Of a stretch of DNA of 64,000 bases, positions 41,298 to 52,923 are shown one piece after another (positions within the stretch are counted from its first letter, which is position 1; each line of letters opens with the position of its first letter). The notes beneath the pieces are model-generated. The model saw only the letters and a program-made list of their open reading frames with translations. It was not told where the DNA came from and ran no database searches. A program made the translations under genes and the position numbers. The stretch covers positions 352,001 to 416,000 of the forward strand of contig CAWCRS010000007.1 in the NCBI GenBank assembly GCA_963798085.1. The letters run 5' to 3'. This DNA is from an uncultured Gemmatimonadales bacterium (lineage in GTDB: Bacteria; Gemmatimonadota; Gemmatimonadetes; Longimicrobiales; RSA9).

Positions 41298-43005
41298 TCA
41301 TTTGCCGTAGATCGTGATCACACCCTTGCCGGGAATGCTCGTGCTGAGCGCCTGACCGGCGGCGAGATTCTGCTCCGGCAGCTCGATGTTCTTCTCCTGC
41401 GGTGACGAGTCATTGCTGCCGGTCGTGTAGAAGATGCCATACCGTCCCGGCGGCAGCCCGCCCACCGTGAAATTGACCGCCTGCGATGCTTCCGCCACGA
41501 CCACGTAACTGCCATCCGGATTGACGAACGCGACGGGGTCCAGCGTTGACTTCAATGATGTCGCGTCAATGCGCACGGCATTGTGGCGGACGTACTTGAA
41601 ATACTGCTTCAGGAAATAAGTGCGGCTGGCCACGCGAATCACGGGTGCGGCGGGATCAGTGGTATCGACGAGGAAGTACTTGCCGCCCGGGTCGCTGAGG
41701 CCGCACTGGGCCAGCGAGAACTGCTCCCACTCCGAGTTGAGACCCACCTTTAGGTCCTGGTGCAGATCGACGTAGCCGCTGCCAATGTGTTCCAGCATGC
41801 CGGTGCGTACACCGTATTGCGTGGCGCGATTGCCAATGGCCTGCAATGTCGACGTACTGGTAGCGCCATAACAATGATACGAGAAGTCGGTGAGGTACTG
41901 GCGCACGCCGCTGACGTTCATCAACTGATCGAAATACGTAACCGCGTTCGTCATGTTCATTGTCGACGGCGCGATGAATGCGGGCGTCCAGCCGGCGGCC
42001 CGCAGGCGATCCCCCGCCGCCACAATGAGCGGTCCGATCTGCGGCCCAGTCCAGATGTACTGGCTGAGCCCCGCATTGTCGGGTTCGTTGATGACCTCTA
42101 TCGCATCAGGCACCCAGCCGTACCGGTCGTGCAGGAACTGGAACGCGGCGAGCATGAATTCGCCGTACTCGGGCGGCGACTGCCGGTAGTCGAGAACGGC
42201 CGTGTTGCGGCCGAACTCAATGAAGTCGAGGACGATGTAGAGCTTCTCGCCGCGCGCGGCGAGTTTCTGGCGCAGCGGCTCGACCACCTTGTCGGTCGTG
42301 TAGCGCAATTCGCTGAAGTGGAAACCGGCCGGGTTGATGACATTGGGGTCATTGTTGTCGTTGACCGACTTGTACCAGACGGTCTGATAGTCGTCGAACG
42401 TGATCTGGCCGGCTTCGAGCTGACCCCAGTAGTCGATGGGATTCTCGGCGCTGCCGCGGACGCGGCAGGCAACGCGGTTGATGCCCAGACTCACGGTGCT
42501 GTCCATGAGAGCATCAATGAAGCGTTGTATGGAGGCGGGAGATAGATCGTGCCGCAGACGTGCCGCACTCACACTTGGCCGACATTGGCGACGCCATCCC
42601 AGCCTACCATGGTCTGGAAGGTAGTGCCCGCATTGAGGTCGATGTCACCGTGCGCGGGCTACGTGGGAAGACGTTCAATGTGCTCGGCCGAGTGCCCGTG
42701 CTCACCGTTGCCGTGAGCGTTGCGCTGCCGGCCGTGACGGCGGTGACGCGGCCGTTCTGGTCCGTGGTGGCACGCCAGACTTGTCCACCGACCAGCTGAA
42801 TTCCTGTCCATTCACGACGTTGCCGCCCGAGTCGTACGCGGTAGCGCCGAACTGCTGAGCCTGGCCGACATTGATCGTGGCCTGCAGCGGCGCGACCTGC
42901 ACGGAGGCGACGGTGACGGCGGTTCGATGATGGGTGATCCGGCTGCCTTCTCACAACAACCGCGAAGAGGAACACAACGAACAGCGCGGCGTCGAGCGAT
43001 CGCAT
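41298..43005 (-). CDS. Probable lipoprotein with a Big_2 domain plus a clan GH-A (GH30-like) glycoside hydrolase; several frameshifts in 42560-42960
   Basis: GGAGG RBS and ATG at 43005; Ig fragments in ORFs 42702-42902 and 42604-43083; NEPD acid/base motif and AFVNPDGS.VVV C-terminal sandwich. Confidence 0.7.
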
Positions 43006-43171
43006 ACATCCTCCCACAGAATGGACCGCCAGACCTGGCTGAGGAGCTTTCGTGGAGGTGATGACCGGGTCGGTAATCAGCAAAGGCGTCCTTGCCCTTG
43101 GAACTGAACGGCATGATGGTGCAGAGACGAGTGGCTGCCTGCTCCGGTGGGGAAACCGGGTCGCCCTGGCG

Positions 43172-45260
43172 TCAGCGGGAAGTCACAACCGGCGCCTGCG
43201 CCGCTTGTCGCAGACGCGTGAGATCGTTCTGGAATTCAGGAGTCCGGCTGAGGTCTCTAGCCTCCCATGGGTCGCCAGCACGTCGTATAGCTCCTCCACC
43301 CCATCGCCGTTGTGAATGTAGTGAAGCCTGCCGGACACGACCGAGCGCATGGGCCCGCGCCGGAACGGGCTGGGCAGAGTGCGGTCCCAGTCATCCGGTG
43401 TCACCGTGGAACGCACCAGTGTCTCCGCTTCCGAACCGCCTGCCCACAATGGCGCGAGCGATGCACCGCCGCAACGCGCTCCGCGTGTGCCGCGCTCACG
43501 AGGTCCTGGATCGTGGCGCACACGTCGGTGACACTGACCGGCTGCGCCACGCGCAGCGAAGCCGCCAGGCTGAGCGGCGAGAATAGCAGCAGCGAGACGT
43601 GCAGCAGTGGCCAGTAGAGGCTATTGCCGTGCTCGATCAATCCGCGCTCGCCCAGCTGCTCGCCATGATCCGCCGCCACAATAACAACAGTGTTATCGAG
43701 CAGTCCCTTTGCCTTCAGCGAGTCCAGCAGCGCACCCACCTGCTGGTCGAGGAAGGCGACCGAGGTGTCGTAGTTGTCAATGGTGGTAACGTTGTGCCGC
43801 TCATGGGAGCCTGAACCACCGCCGCGTTCAGCATGCTGTCCCGGGGCTGGTCGCCCAGCCGATCGAGAAAGGCCGACCGTCCCTCGTAGGGCCAATGAGC
43901 ATCGAAGTAGTTCAGGAACGCGAAGAAGGGCCGGCCGCGCAGACTGGACACCCAGCGCAGCAGCTCGCTGCTCACCTGCGGCGCGCGCTTGCGCACCAGC
44001 ATGGGCCGGTTCTGGAGTTGCCGTGCCAGCCACGTGCCGATCTGCTCCGTCAGCCAGGCGCTGTGCGCCCAGAGCGACCACGAGAGATCATAGTCCTCAT
44101 AATGCAGAAAGCCGCGATTCAGGCCGGTGCTGCGTGATGTATACAGCAGGTTAGCCACGAAGCCGCCCGTGGCGTAGCCGCGGGCAGACAGCATCTCCGC
44201 AAGCGTGGGATACGCATGGTCCAGCGGAATACGCCAGCTGGTGCTCAGTGCCGCGGGCGGCTGTCCCGTCAGGATGCTGGCATGGGTGGGCAGCGTCCAC
44301 GGCGCCGGAGCAATCGCGTTCAGGAAGACCACGCCGCTGCGCGAATACGCCTCGAGACGAGGCGTAGTCGGACGCTGGTAGCCGAAGAGACCGAGATTCT
44401 GGGCACGCACCGTGTCCAGGATGATCAGCAGCACACTGGGTGCACCGGATGCGGGCTGATCGAGACGAGAGAGCCGGTAGCGCTCGAGCACCGCGGGGCC
44501 TGCTGTGAGACCGAGGATCGCCAGTGCGAGCAGGGCCAGCGTCGGCGGCAGTGTGCGCCGCGTCATCCTTAAGAGACTGTTATGCCAGCGCTGGCCGGCG
44601 TACACACCCGCCCCCAGCGCCAGCACCGCCACCGCTGCCGGATGCGAATGCCCAGCCGGAGACTGCGCAGAAAACCGTAGCTGCCGAGTGCGACCAGCAC
44701 ACTGGCAACGGCTCGCAGCGGCAGCGGTACGTGCAGCCAGGCGAACGCGGCCGCGAAGGGCATCACAATGATCGTGAAAAGGGTCAGCAGCGCGAGTGGC
44801 GCCAGCCACACCGCGTGTGGATCGGACCACACGACCAGCTTGCCGGTTGCGATACTGCGCAGGAACCAGCCGAAGAAGTCGAGCAGTCCGAACAGAATGC
44901 CCAGCCATGCGGCGACCACCAGCGCCCCGTATGGCGATACACCCGCGCCCGTCGCCAGGCGCTGCGCGAGCGCTGTCAGCCGGCCGCGTAAGCGTGCAGA
45001 ACCGTCCCCAGCGCGGCCAGCAGCATCAGCAGACCGGTAGCGCGCAAGGCGTACTTTGCCACAGCCCGATGTACATCTGCACGGCACATGACCACGTCCG
45101 CTGATCATCCGGTTCAGGAAGGACGGACAGACTGTGGCCGTCGTAGGCCTGGCGAATAATGACGGGAACGATCCAGAAAACGGCGGCGAGCACACCGCCG
45201 CATCACTACGGCTATGACGATCCGGGGGCGGAATCGACGAGGCACTCGCAAATGACTCAC
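43172..45260 (-). CDS. Membrane-anchored sulfatase-like (alkaline phosphatase superfamily) protein; multiple frameshifts, ends inferred
   Basis: TM region followed by LIILDTVRA, APWTLPTHASILTG, NYFDAH.PY, ADHGE, HG.SLY and ELYD pieces across ORFs 44569-45339, 43715-44908, 43401-44081 and 43183-43521. Confidence 0.75.
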
Positions 45261-45306
45261 GGGTTTTAGGGTACTGAGAAAACGCGGCAGGAATTCCCTC
45301 TGACAA

Positions 45307-45322
45307 TGCAGCGTAGGCGCCG
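45307..45322 (-). promoter_or_regulatory. Candidate sigma-54 promoter
   Basis: Minus strand CGGCGCCTACGCTGCA, about 47 nt upstream of the inferred GTG at 45260. Confidence 0.35.
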
Positions 45323-45529
45323 CGGATGGGTGCCGGCAAGGCTTGACGCGGATGGCGCGGCGCAATATGCTTGCGAACCGCTGTGACTCGCTCTGGCTAC
45401 GCTGCGCACCATGCGCAGTCGGCGCACACGGCCGGTACGCCCCAACGTGCCGCAGGACGCAGCACTGGATTGAGCGGCGTGATGAGCGAGGCCGGCAGGG
45501 AATTCACGATCGACATTTCGCCTCGTGAG

Positions 45530-45545
45530 AGGCGTCACATCTGCA
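45530..45545 (+). promoter_or_regulatory. Candidate sigma-54 promoter
   Basis: AGGCGTCACATCTGCA, 45 nt upstream of the ATG at 45591. Confidence 0.35.
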
Positions 45546-45590
45546 ACGAGCTTCAGCGGTAGGCTACGCGTGTGCGCGCCGTACAGCAGG

Positions 45591-47298
45591 ATGACAGGGT
45601 TGGCCGAAGCAGATAACACAGCAGAAACCGGCCGCGGACCGTCGGGGTCCGCAGAGCCCCACGCGCTCGGCGCGGCTGGGACATGGCAACCGGGGGACTG
45701 CTTGCGATTGCAGTTGTTGTCATGTTCCTGTCATTCCGTCAATACGGTGTTACCTGGGACGAGAATTACCAGGCGACGTATGGCCAGTACATCATCTCCT
45801 GGTACGGTCCGGCTTTCACGATCGTGCGCCCCTCGACTACTGGCTGCTGATCTACTACGGCGTTTTTTGACGTGCTGGCCGAGCTGGCCACGCGGGTGCT
45901 TCCTTCGGACACTTTGAGTCACGCCACCTCGTTAATGCGCTGTTCGGTCTGGGTGGCACCGCGGCCATCTGGCTGATTGCGCGGCGGCTGGGTGGGGCCT
46001 TGGCCGGATTTCTGGCTGTACTCTTCGCACTGCTTACGCCACCTGGTTCGGGCACATCTTCAACAACCGAAGGACGTGCCGTTCGCAGCCTGTTCGCGTT
46101 GGGATGTAGGGGTGGTACGGTCCATCGAAACGCTGCCGCGGCTGAGTTTGGCGGCAGATGCTGGCGCTCGCGGTCAGCATCGGTCTGACCATGGCTGTGC
46201 GCGTGGGCGGCATTCTGCTGCTCATATGTCTGGGGGCGGCGTTCGTGGCGTGGGTTGTGCTGGAGCGCGGTGAGCGCATTGCAGGTGCCGATTCATCGTC
46301 ATCTCTGCTGCGGGATACATGGACGTTTGGCTGGCGTTACGCAGTGGCGGGCGCGGGCGCATGGTTGATCATGTTGCCCTGGTGGCCGAGAGCCGCGATC
46401 GATCCCATCGAGCACTGCTCCGCACGACTCCTGTCTTCTCGCATTTCCCGTGGCGTGGCCGTGTTTTCTTCGAGGCGCGTGTGGTTCGCGCCATCGATCT
46501 GCCGCGGCGCTATCTGCCCGAGTTCATCGCGGTCGTCTGCCGGAGTTCCTGCTGCTGGGCGTACTTGTCGCGGTCGTTCTGGCGGGTATCTGGATCGTGC
46601 GCCACCGCATGCACTGGCGTCACGCGACAGCGGAGGCGCCGCGCGGGCGTGTGGTCAGTCTGGCAGCGCTGGCGCTGGCCGTAGCCTTCCCCGTGGTTTA
46701 TGCGCCGCTGACAGCGGCCGTGCTGTACGACGGTATGCGACACTTCACGTTCGTGGTGCTGCTGGCGTGCGCGGCCGCGGCCTGTGGCATGGCCGCGCTG
46801 CTGCATCGTCGCGACCGGCTGGCGGCTGGAGTCGGCGTACTGGCGCTCGCATCCATGATCCTCACGCTCGTGGACATGGTGAGGCTGCACCCGTACGAGT
46901 ATATCTACTTCAATCATGCGATTGCCGGCGGGCTGCGCGTTGCGGCGAAATCCTACGAGACGGATTACTGGGGTGCATCTGACCGGGAAGGCGCGCTCTG
47001 GCTCGTTGATAACTACGCGTTACCTACAGACCATCAGCCGCTGCGCGTCGCCAGCTGCATGGAACCTACCTCCACGAGGTACTACCTGCCTGCGGACCGG
47101 TTCACATACGTGAAGCCGCGCAATGATCCCGATCTCTTCCTGGGCAACCCGCGCCTCGGCTGCGATACCACCGTTGCGGGGACGACGGTGCACGTGGTGG
47201 AACGCATGGGTGTTCCGCTGCTCTATCTGAAGGAAATCACACCGCGGGCGGCGGCGGCGCGGAATCACACCGAAACAGCAGCCGAGACGGTGCACTGA
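45591..47298 (+). CDS. GT-C (GT39-like) membrane glycosyltransferase, heavily frameshifted
   Basis: Fragments VTWDENYQATYG, HLVNALFG, GHIFNN/PKDVPFA, LYDGMRHF, HPYEY.YFN and ETDYWG in shifting frames. Confidence 0.65.
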
Positions 47299-47319
47299 GG
47301 GCGGTGGCGTCGTCGCGCG

Positions 47320-49098
47320 CTACTGCCGCAGAGGAACCGCGAAAAGGCGGACTGGACCGGTTTCCAGCAGCAGCTCAGCCGGCTCGGTTGCGCGCTCACG
47401 CAGTCTGGTCTTGTCGAGTACCTGCTCCAGCGTCTGGCGCGAGCGGTAGCTGTTCACAACAACGAGCGCGCGCCGCGTCGTATCCGACGCGGGAACGTAG
47501 TAGCGCAGCAGCCCGGCGCGTCGCAGCTCATAACGCACGACCATCACCGACGGAAAGATCGAGGCGACGACATCGCCGGGACGGAGGGACGACGCGAGCG
47601 CCGCAGCGATCTGCTCGCCGTGCGGCATGCTCTCCGTTTCCAGGTCACGCGATACCAGTAGCTCCGCGCGCAGGATGCCAGCGCCCAGCCACAACAGCAT
47701 CAGACACGCCAGGGCCACCCCCAGCGGCCCGCGCGCGCGCCCGCGCAGCGGCAGGTGACGCCAGCCAGCTACCAGCCCGGCGGCAACGATCAGGATCGCA
47801 AAAGGAAGCAGAATGGACCAGATGCGTGCCTGCGGCGCGACGCGCTGCAGTGTCGCCAGCGCGAGTGGTCCGGCGAGCCCGGCAATGGGCGGGATGCGCG
47901 ACGGGCTCAGTCGACGGTGCTCCGCCACACCGAGGATCAGGCCGAAACCCAGCAGCACGATGAGCGGAAGCGGAGCGTTGTGTGTCCACTCGCCGGCGGT
48001 GCTGGCAATCAGCGGCGGCCACGCGGTCAGGAAGTCCCGCAGCGAGAGCGGTGTGACGAAGCGGTTCGCGAAAAGCAGCCTCGGCCCGGTGAAAATTAGA
48101 ACGGGCGAATAGAGCAGCAGAGCGAGCCCGAGCGCCAGACCGCCCGCGAGCAGGGTGCGACGCAGCGTAATGCGGCTGATCGCGGTATTGCCGGCGATTC
48201 CCTGAGAACGCAGCCAGCCTGCAACGAAGGCAATCGGGAACAACATTACGGGGGCGGGCCACAACCCGAGTGCGGCGATCGAGCACGAATGCCATCCAGA
48301 GCGGCGCGTCATCGCGGTCCGCATGAGCGCCGCCAGACTCAGGAGCACGAGGCCACACAAGGCCACGAAGCTGTAGCCGCGCGCATTCACGGAATAGGCG
48401 GTCAACGCGGACGAGACAGCGACGAGCCCGCCCGCCAGCATACCGGTGCGCCGATCGTACAGGAGCCGACCGGCGAGCCACGCAGCCGGAATCTGCAGCA
48501 CGCCGAACGTGAGCGCGGGCAGGCGCAGGGCCCAGAGACTGCCGCCGAACAAGCCTGTGGTGAAGTGCGCGAGAATGGAGTTCAACACATGAGTTGGGCT
48601 CCGGATACCACGGCACGGCAACCCACGCGGGGCGCAGCACATAGTCGAAGAGCGTCTTGCCCTCGTCCCAGAGCAGCGAGCGCTGCAGAAACGCGATGCG
48701 CAGAGCGGCGCCCGCGAGCACCATGCCACAGAGCGCCAGCCGCTCGGCGCGCGGCACGCCTCGCCAGCCGCTGCGGGCTTCGCTCAGGAGCCGCCGCGGC
48801 CAGCCGGCCTGACGTTGCAGGCTCCCGCGTAACAGCCTGTTTGGAGCCGGCAGCAGGAGCAGCAACGCCGCCACCAGTGGCACGGCCACGAAGGCGCGCA
48901 GCTTCAGCACCACGTGGGTGGTCTGTGTCCGGGCCCATGCGGGATCACCCGAGAGTTGCGTGTATGCCGGAGATGGTGAGCCGGAAACTGGGAGGAGACT
49001 AGCGCAATCACCGCCGGCACCAGGAGCAGGCCGATTACGACATAACTGCGGGCACGCGCGGCAGGCGCGCCGTTGTCACCGGTGGCACGGGCTATCAC
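47320..49098 (-). CDS. GT-C (GT39/PMT-like) membrane glycosyltransferase, frameshifted; start uncertain
   Basis: LR...L..SLLWDE, PN.H.LNS, LRLPA and YS.NARGYS motifs; similar to 36245-37993. Confidence 0.7.
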
Positions 49099-50867
49099 GT
49101 GCCGGGGGACGCGGTCCAGCAGCGCGCGCAGGCCGACTATGCGCAGCGAATCGGGCAATGTAATGAGATTGTCTGCTTCGGCGGGATCACGGTCCAGATC
49201 GAAGTACTCCTGCTTCGCATCGCCGCGCACGATCAGATGCTGGGGCCAGCGCACGGCGCCGCGCATGTCGCCCGCCGAGGAATGGGATACCAGTCCGGCT
49301 GGCGTGCGGAAAAGGGCACGACGGAAACCGCTGACTCGCTCGTGGTGTCGACCGGCGAGCGCCAGAAGCGCGTGAGCGAACGACCGGGGAAGGGCGCACC
49401 ATCCGCCAGGCCGGTGAGGTCCGCAATGGTGGCGGGCAGGTCGCGCAGACTCACGGTCCCTGGAACACGCACGCCGCCGGGAACCCCGCCGGGAAACGAT
49501 ACGAGCAGCGGCACGTGCAGCTCATCAATGAACAGACTGTTACCGTGACCCCAGAGGCGGTGCTCGCCCAGCTCCTCGCCATGATCCGACGAAATGATGA
49601 CCAGCGTGTGCTCGAGCACGCCTCGCCGGCGCAGTGCCTCGAGCAGCAGCCGAACCTGCTCGTCCATGGATGTGATCGCATCATCATAGCCATCGATCAG
49701 ATCCCGGCGCTCCGCGGGTGATGGGTCACGCCCGGTGGCGATGCGGCGGACGCGCGGGCTCCCGAACCTGGTGTCGAACGGCTTTTCGGGAGCGTAGGGA
49801 TCGTGCGCGTCGAAGAAGTTCAGAAACGCGAAGAAGGGCCGGCCCTGCTGTGTCGCCTGCCAGTCCAGGAACTCCCGCGCGATGTCCGAGGCACGGCGCC
49901 GTCCCGGCACGTAGTATGTGCCCAGCCAGCGGTTCGCCTGACGCACGAGATGCTGCACCAGCGGCGCGCTGGTGGCGATGACACCGAATGTCAGCGGATA
50001 GAAGCGGTAGTGCACGAAACCACGGGCCAGTCCGTAGGCGGGCGGGCCGTAGATGTAGTTGGCCACGAAACCGCCCGTGGCGTACCCGCGCGCGGACAGG
50101 TAGCCGGCCAGCGTGGGCCAGCGCCCATCGAGCGGGGTTTCCCAGTCGGCGGACAGCTCGAAGGGCATGTGGCCCGTGAAGAGTGTGCCGTGCGAAGCCA
50201 GCGTCCAGGGCGCCGCCGTGATGGCGCGATCGAACACCGTGCCCTGCGCGGCCAGCGACTGCAGGAAGGGCGTGGTCTGGCGATCGTAGCCGTACAGGCT
50301 GGTGCTGGCGGCGCGCACCGTGTCCCAGATGATGAACAGCACGTTAGGACGGGTGCTGTCCGGCGCCGGCTGCGCGCGCCTCGCCCGCCATTCCCGCAAT
50401 GCCTCGCCGCCGTAGACGCCACAGGTCAGCAGCAGCACCAGGCCGGCCATCAATGGCAGCGTCCGCCTGGCCCGCCGCAGCAGCGCCTGCGGATGGCGGC
50501 TCAGCATGCGCGCGAGCTGCACGCCGACGCCCAGCGACAGCAGCAGGGAAGCGAGCGGGTGCACGCGCGGCACCATCAGGGCGATGCTGTACAGGCCGGC
50601 AGCGCAGAAGACTGCCAGCACGGCCAGAGCGGGAACCGGCCGCGTGCGCCATGCCAGGACTAACAGCAGTGCCAGCACACCGAACACCGCCAGATGCGCG
50701 GCCGGCGCGGTCCAGACCAGCTGTGGATCGAAATGCACAGCGCGGTGCACGCCCCAGCGCGCCACGACCCACACCAGCAGCTCGGCGAGCCCGGTGCTGA
50801 ACGCGAACCAGACGGCCAGCAGCAGCAGAGGCCGCAACGCCAGTTTGCGCTCGTCCGACGCCGTCAT
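49095..50867 (-). CDS. Membrane-anchored sulfatase-like protein, second copy (frameshift near 49270; 3' end inferred)
   Basis: About 5 TM helices followed by PNVLFIIWDTVRA, APWTLASHGTLFTG, NFFDAHDPY and SDHGE; C-terminal EYFDL..DP.E..NL in ORF 48904-49266. Confidence 0.82.
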
Positions 50868-52474
50868 GGCCCGAAGTTGGCCCTGGCCGCGCGCACTGCG
50901 TTGGCCATGAGTGTGAACGTGATGTTTTTCGCCGGCAGGAAGGGGAACGTGGCGCCGTCGACCAGGAAGAGGTTGTCGAAATCACGACTGCGACAGTCGG
51001 GCGTGGCCGTGCAGTCGCCACCCTCACGCGTCATGGGCAGCGTACCCGCGTAGTGCACGCTGGCACCTTTGGGGCGCACGTGCGCCATTGCAGTGGGCGC
51101 CAGACAGTGCAGCCGGCGCAGTGCCGCGCGTACGCGGCGCAGCGCTGCGTCCACGTTCGCCGCCTCACCCGGCGCCGCCGCATACTCGATCACGAGCGCT
51201 GCTTCGCGGCCAGGCCGCGGCTCGAGCGTCATGATGTTGGTGTCGCGCCGGTCATCATGGAAATTGACATTGACCAGGCCCAGCGCGCCGCGCAGCCAGC
51301 GGAAGGCGCCCGTCGCGGCACGTGCGTCGAAGGGCAGGTTCTGGATGATGGGATGCGCCATGGTCGTCTTGAGCGTCGTGATCTGGCCGTGCACGTAATG
51401 GCGAGGGTCGGGCGTTTCCAGTCCCAGCCCCAGCATGTGATACTGGTAGCTGGAAGGCTCGTAACGCACGCCGAGCATGTCCAGATTCACGAATGGCACC
51501 AGTACCTGCTGGTTGTCCATCAGGCCACCGAGTCGCAGCAGCTCGCCGGTGGCGCGGTACACGGACTCGAGAAAGATGCGCGATGTGTTCAGGGCGCCAG
51601 CGGCCAGCGCCACGGCTTCCACGTCGATGCGCTGCGCGCTGCCATCCTCGCGCCGGCCCACCAGCGCGGTGACGCGCCGGCGGGGTCCGGTCTCGAAATG
51701 CGTCACATAGAAGTCGGGCAGGTAGCGGAAGCGGTCGTGTCGCAGACACGCCGCCAGTGTCAGCGATGGTGTGTAGATGGCATCGACGGGACAGCCCCAG
51801 AGGCAGCGCCCCAGATAGCGGCAGCCGCGACGATCGCCGTGGTCGGTCGTGGTCGTGGCCAGCCGGGAACGGCCCAGCCAGCAGCCCAGCTCACGGTTGA
51901 GCCGCTCGCGGACGCGCCCATAACGACGCATTAGCAACTGCGAGTGCCGGTCCAGCACCAGCGGCGGCATGATCCCGTCGTGCGGCGGCATGAAGCGCGC
52001 GAGATCGTCCAGCTCACCGCAGATGCCGATGCGGCGCGCCACCTCGGCGTATGCGGCCTTCATGTCGTCGAACGCGACCGGGTAGTCCGCGAGTTCTGCC
52101 TCATTGAAAGGGTACACGCCGCCGGTCCAGGCCTCGGCGAGGCCGCCGCGAGCAAAGGAGAAGAGCGGCGCGAAGCCACGGGCGCGCACCTCGAATCCGC
52201 CCGGCTCGGCAAACACGTACTCCCGCCCCGGCGGCACACCATAGTACTCGCCCCTGGCGCCGGGAAACGTGATGCCCTCGAAATCGCTGCCGAGGAAGTA
52301 ATCGAGCGGGTCGTCCAGATCGGACTTGAGCTGCCGCAGACTGGCGGAAGGCAGGACGGCCGGCGGACGCGGTTTTCCCACGTCGACGAGCACCACGGAT
52401 TGCCCCAGCTCGAGCAGTGTCTGCGCGAAATGAACGCCGCTCGGCCCCGAGCCCACTACCGCGATCGGCTTCAT
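50864..52474 (-). CDS. GMC-family FAD oxidoreductase
   Basis: VVGSGPSG, GGL..AW.G, C.Y.G.C.WGCP, LAAGA..T, HYAGT and NITFT.MANA motifs. Confidence 0.85.
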   Translation of the reverse strand: MKPIAVVGSGPSGVHFAQTLLELGQSVVLVDVGKPRPPAVLPSASLRQLKSDLDDPLDYFLGSDFEGITFPGARGEYYGVPPGREYVFAEPGGFEVRARGFAPLFSFARGGLAEAWTGGVYPFNEAELADYPVAFDDMKAAYAEVARRIGICGELDDLARFMPPHDGIMPPLVLDRHSQLLMRRYGRVRERLNRELGCWLGRSRLATTTTDHGDRRGCRYLGRCLWGCPVDAIYTPSLTLAACLRHDRFRYLPDFYVTHFETGPRRRVTALVGRREDGSAQRIDVEAVALAAGALNTSRIFLESVYRATGELLRLGGLMDNQQVLVPFVNLDMLGVRYEPSSYQYHMLGLGLETPDPRHYVHGQITTLKTTMAHPIIQNLPFDARAATGAFRWLRGALGLVNVNFHDDRRDTNIMTLEPRPGREAALVIEYAAAPGEAANVDAALRRVRAALRRLHCLAPTAMAHVRPKGASVHYAGTLPMTREGGDCTATPDCRSRDFDNLFLVDGATFPFLPAKNITFTLMANAVRAARANFGP

Positions 52475-52923
52475 GCGCTCGCCCGCAAACGCAGCAGCGC
52501 GTGCCGCGGTGCGATCACGAGGAACGCGAGCAGCAGGCGCACCGCGAAGCCCGCGGCCGCACCGAGCACGCCAACGATCGCGCGCACGCGACCTCCGGCG
52601 GGCGGCTCGAACGCGGCTTCGCCAGGCGATGTGCTCTCCAGGATCGCGAGCAGCAATGTCAGACGACGACGCAGGTCACCCGCCGGCGCGAAAAAACGCG
52701 CCCACGCATCCGCCAGCCCCGTCATGAACGGACCACGCGCGGCGATGCGCACGAGCATGCGGTCCTGTGCCGTGCGCGGGGCGGCATCGAGGAACGACCG
52801 GCTGTTCAGTCCGCGAGCGTAGCCCAGCTGCACGCGCTCCGTTGCGTCGGCGCGTATGAGGTAGCGCGTGAACACGCGGCACTCCTCACGAACGGCCGGC
52901 GCGGACACGGACGGGTCAGCCAT
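52471..52923 (-). CDS. Hypothetical protein with hydrophobic C-terminus
   Basis: Overlaps both neighbours in operon fashion; no family recognised. Confidence 0.6.
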   Translation of the reverse strand: MADPSVSAPAVREECRVFTRYLIRADATERVQLGYARGLNSRSFLDAAPRTAQDRMLVRIAARGPFMTGLADAWARFFAPAGDLRRRLTLLLAILESTSPGEAAFEPPAGGRVRAIVGVLGAAAGFAVRLLLAFLVIAPRHALLRLRASA

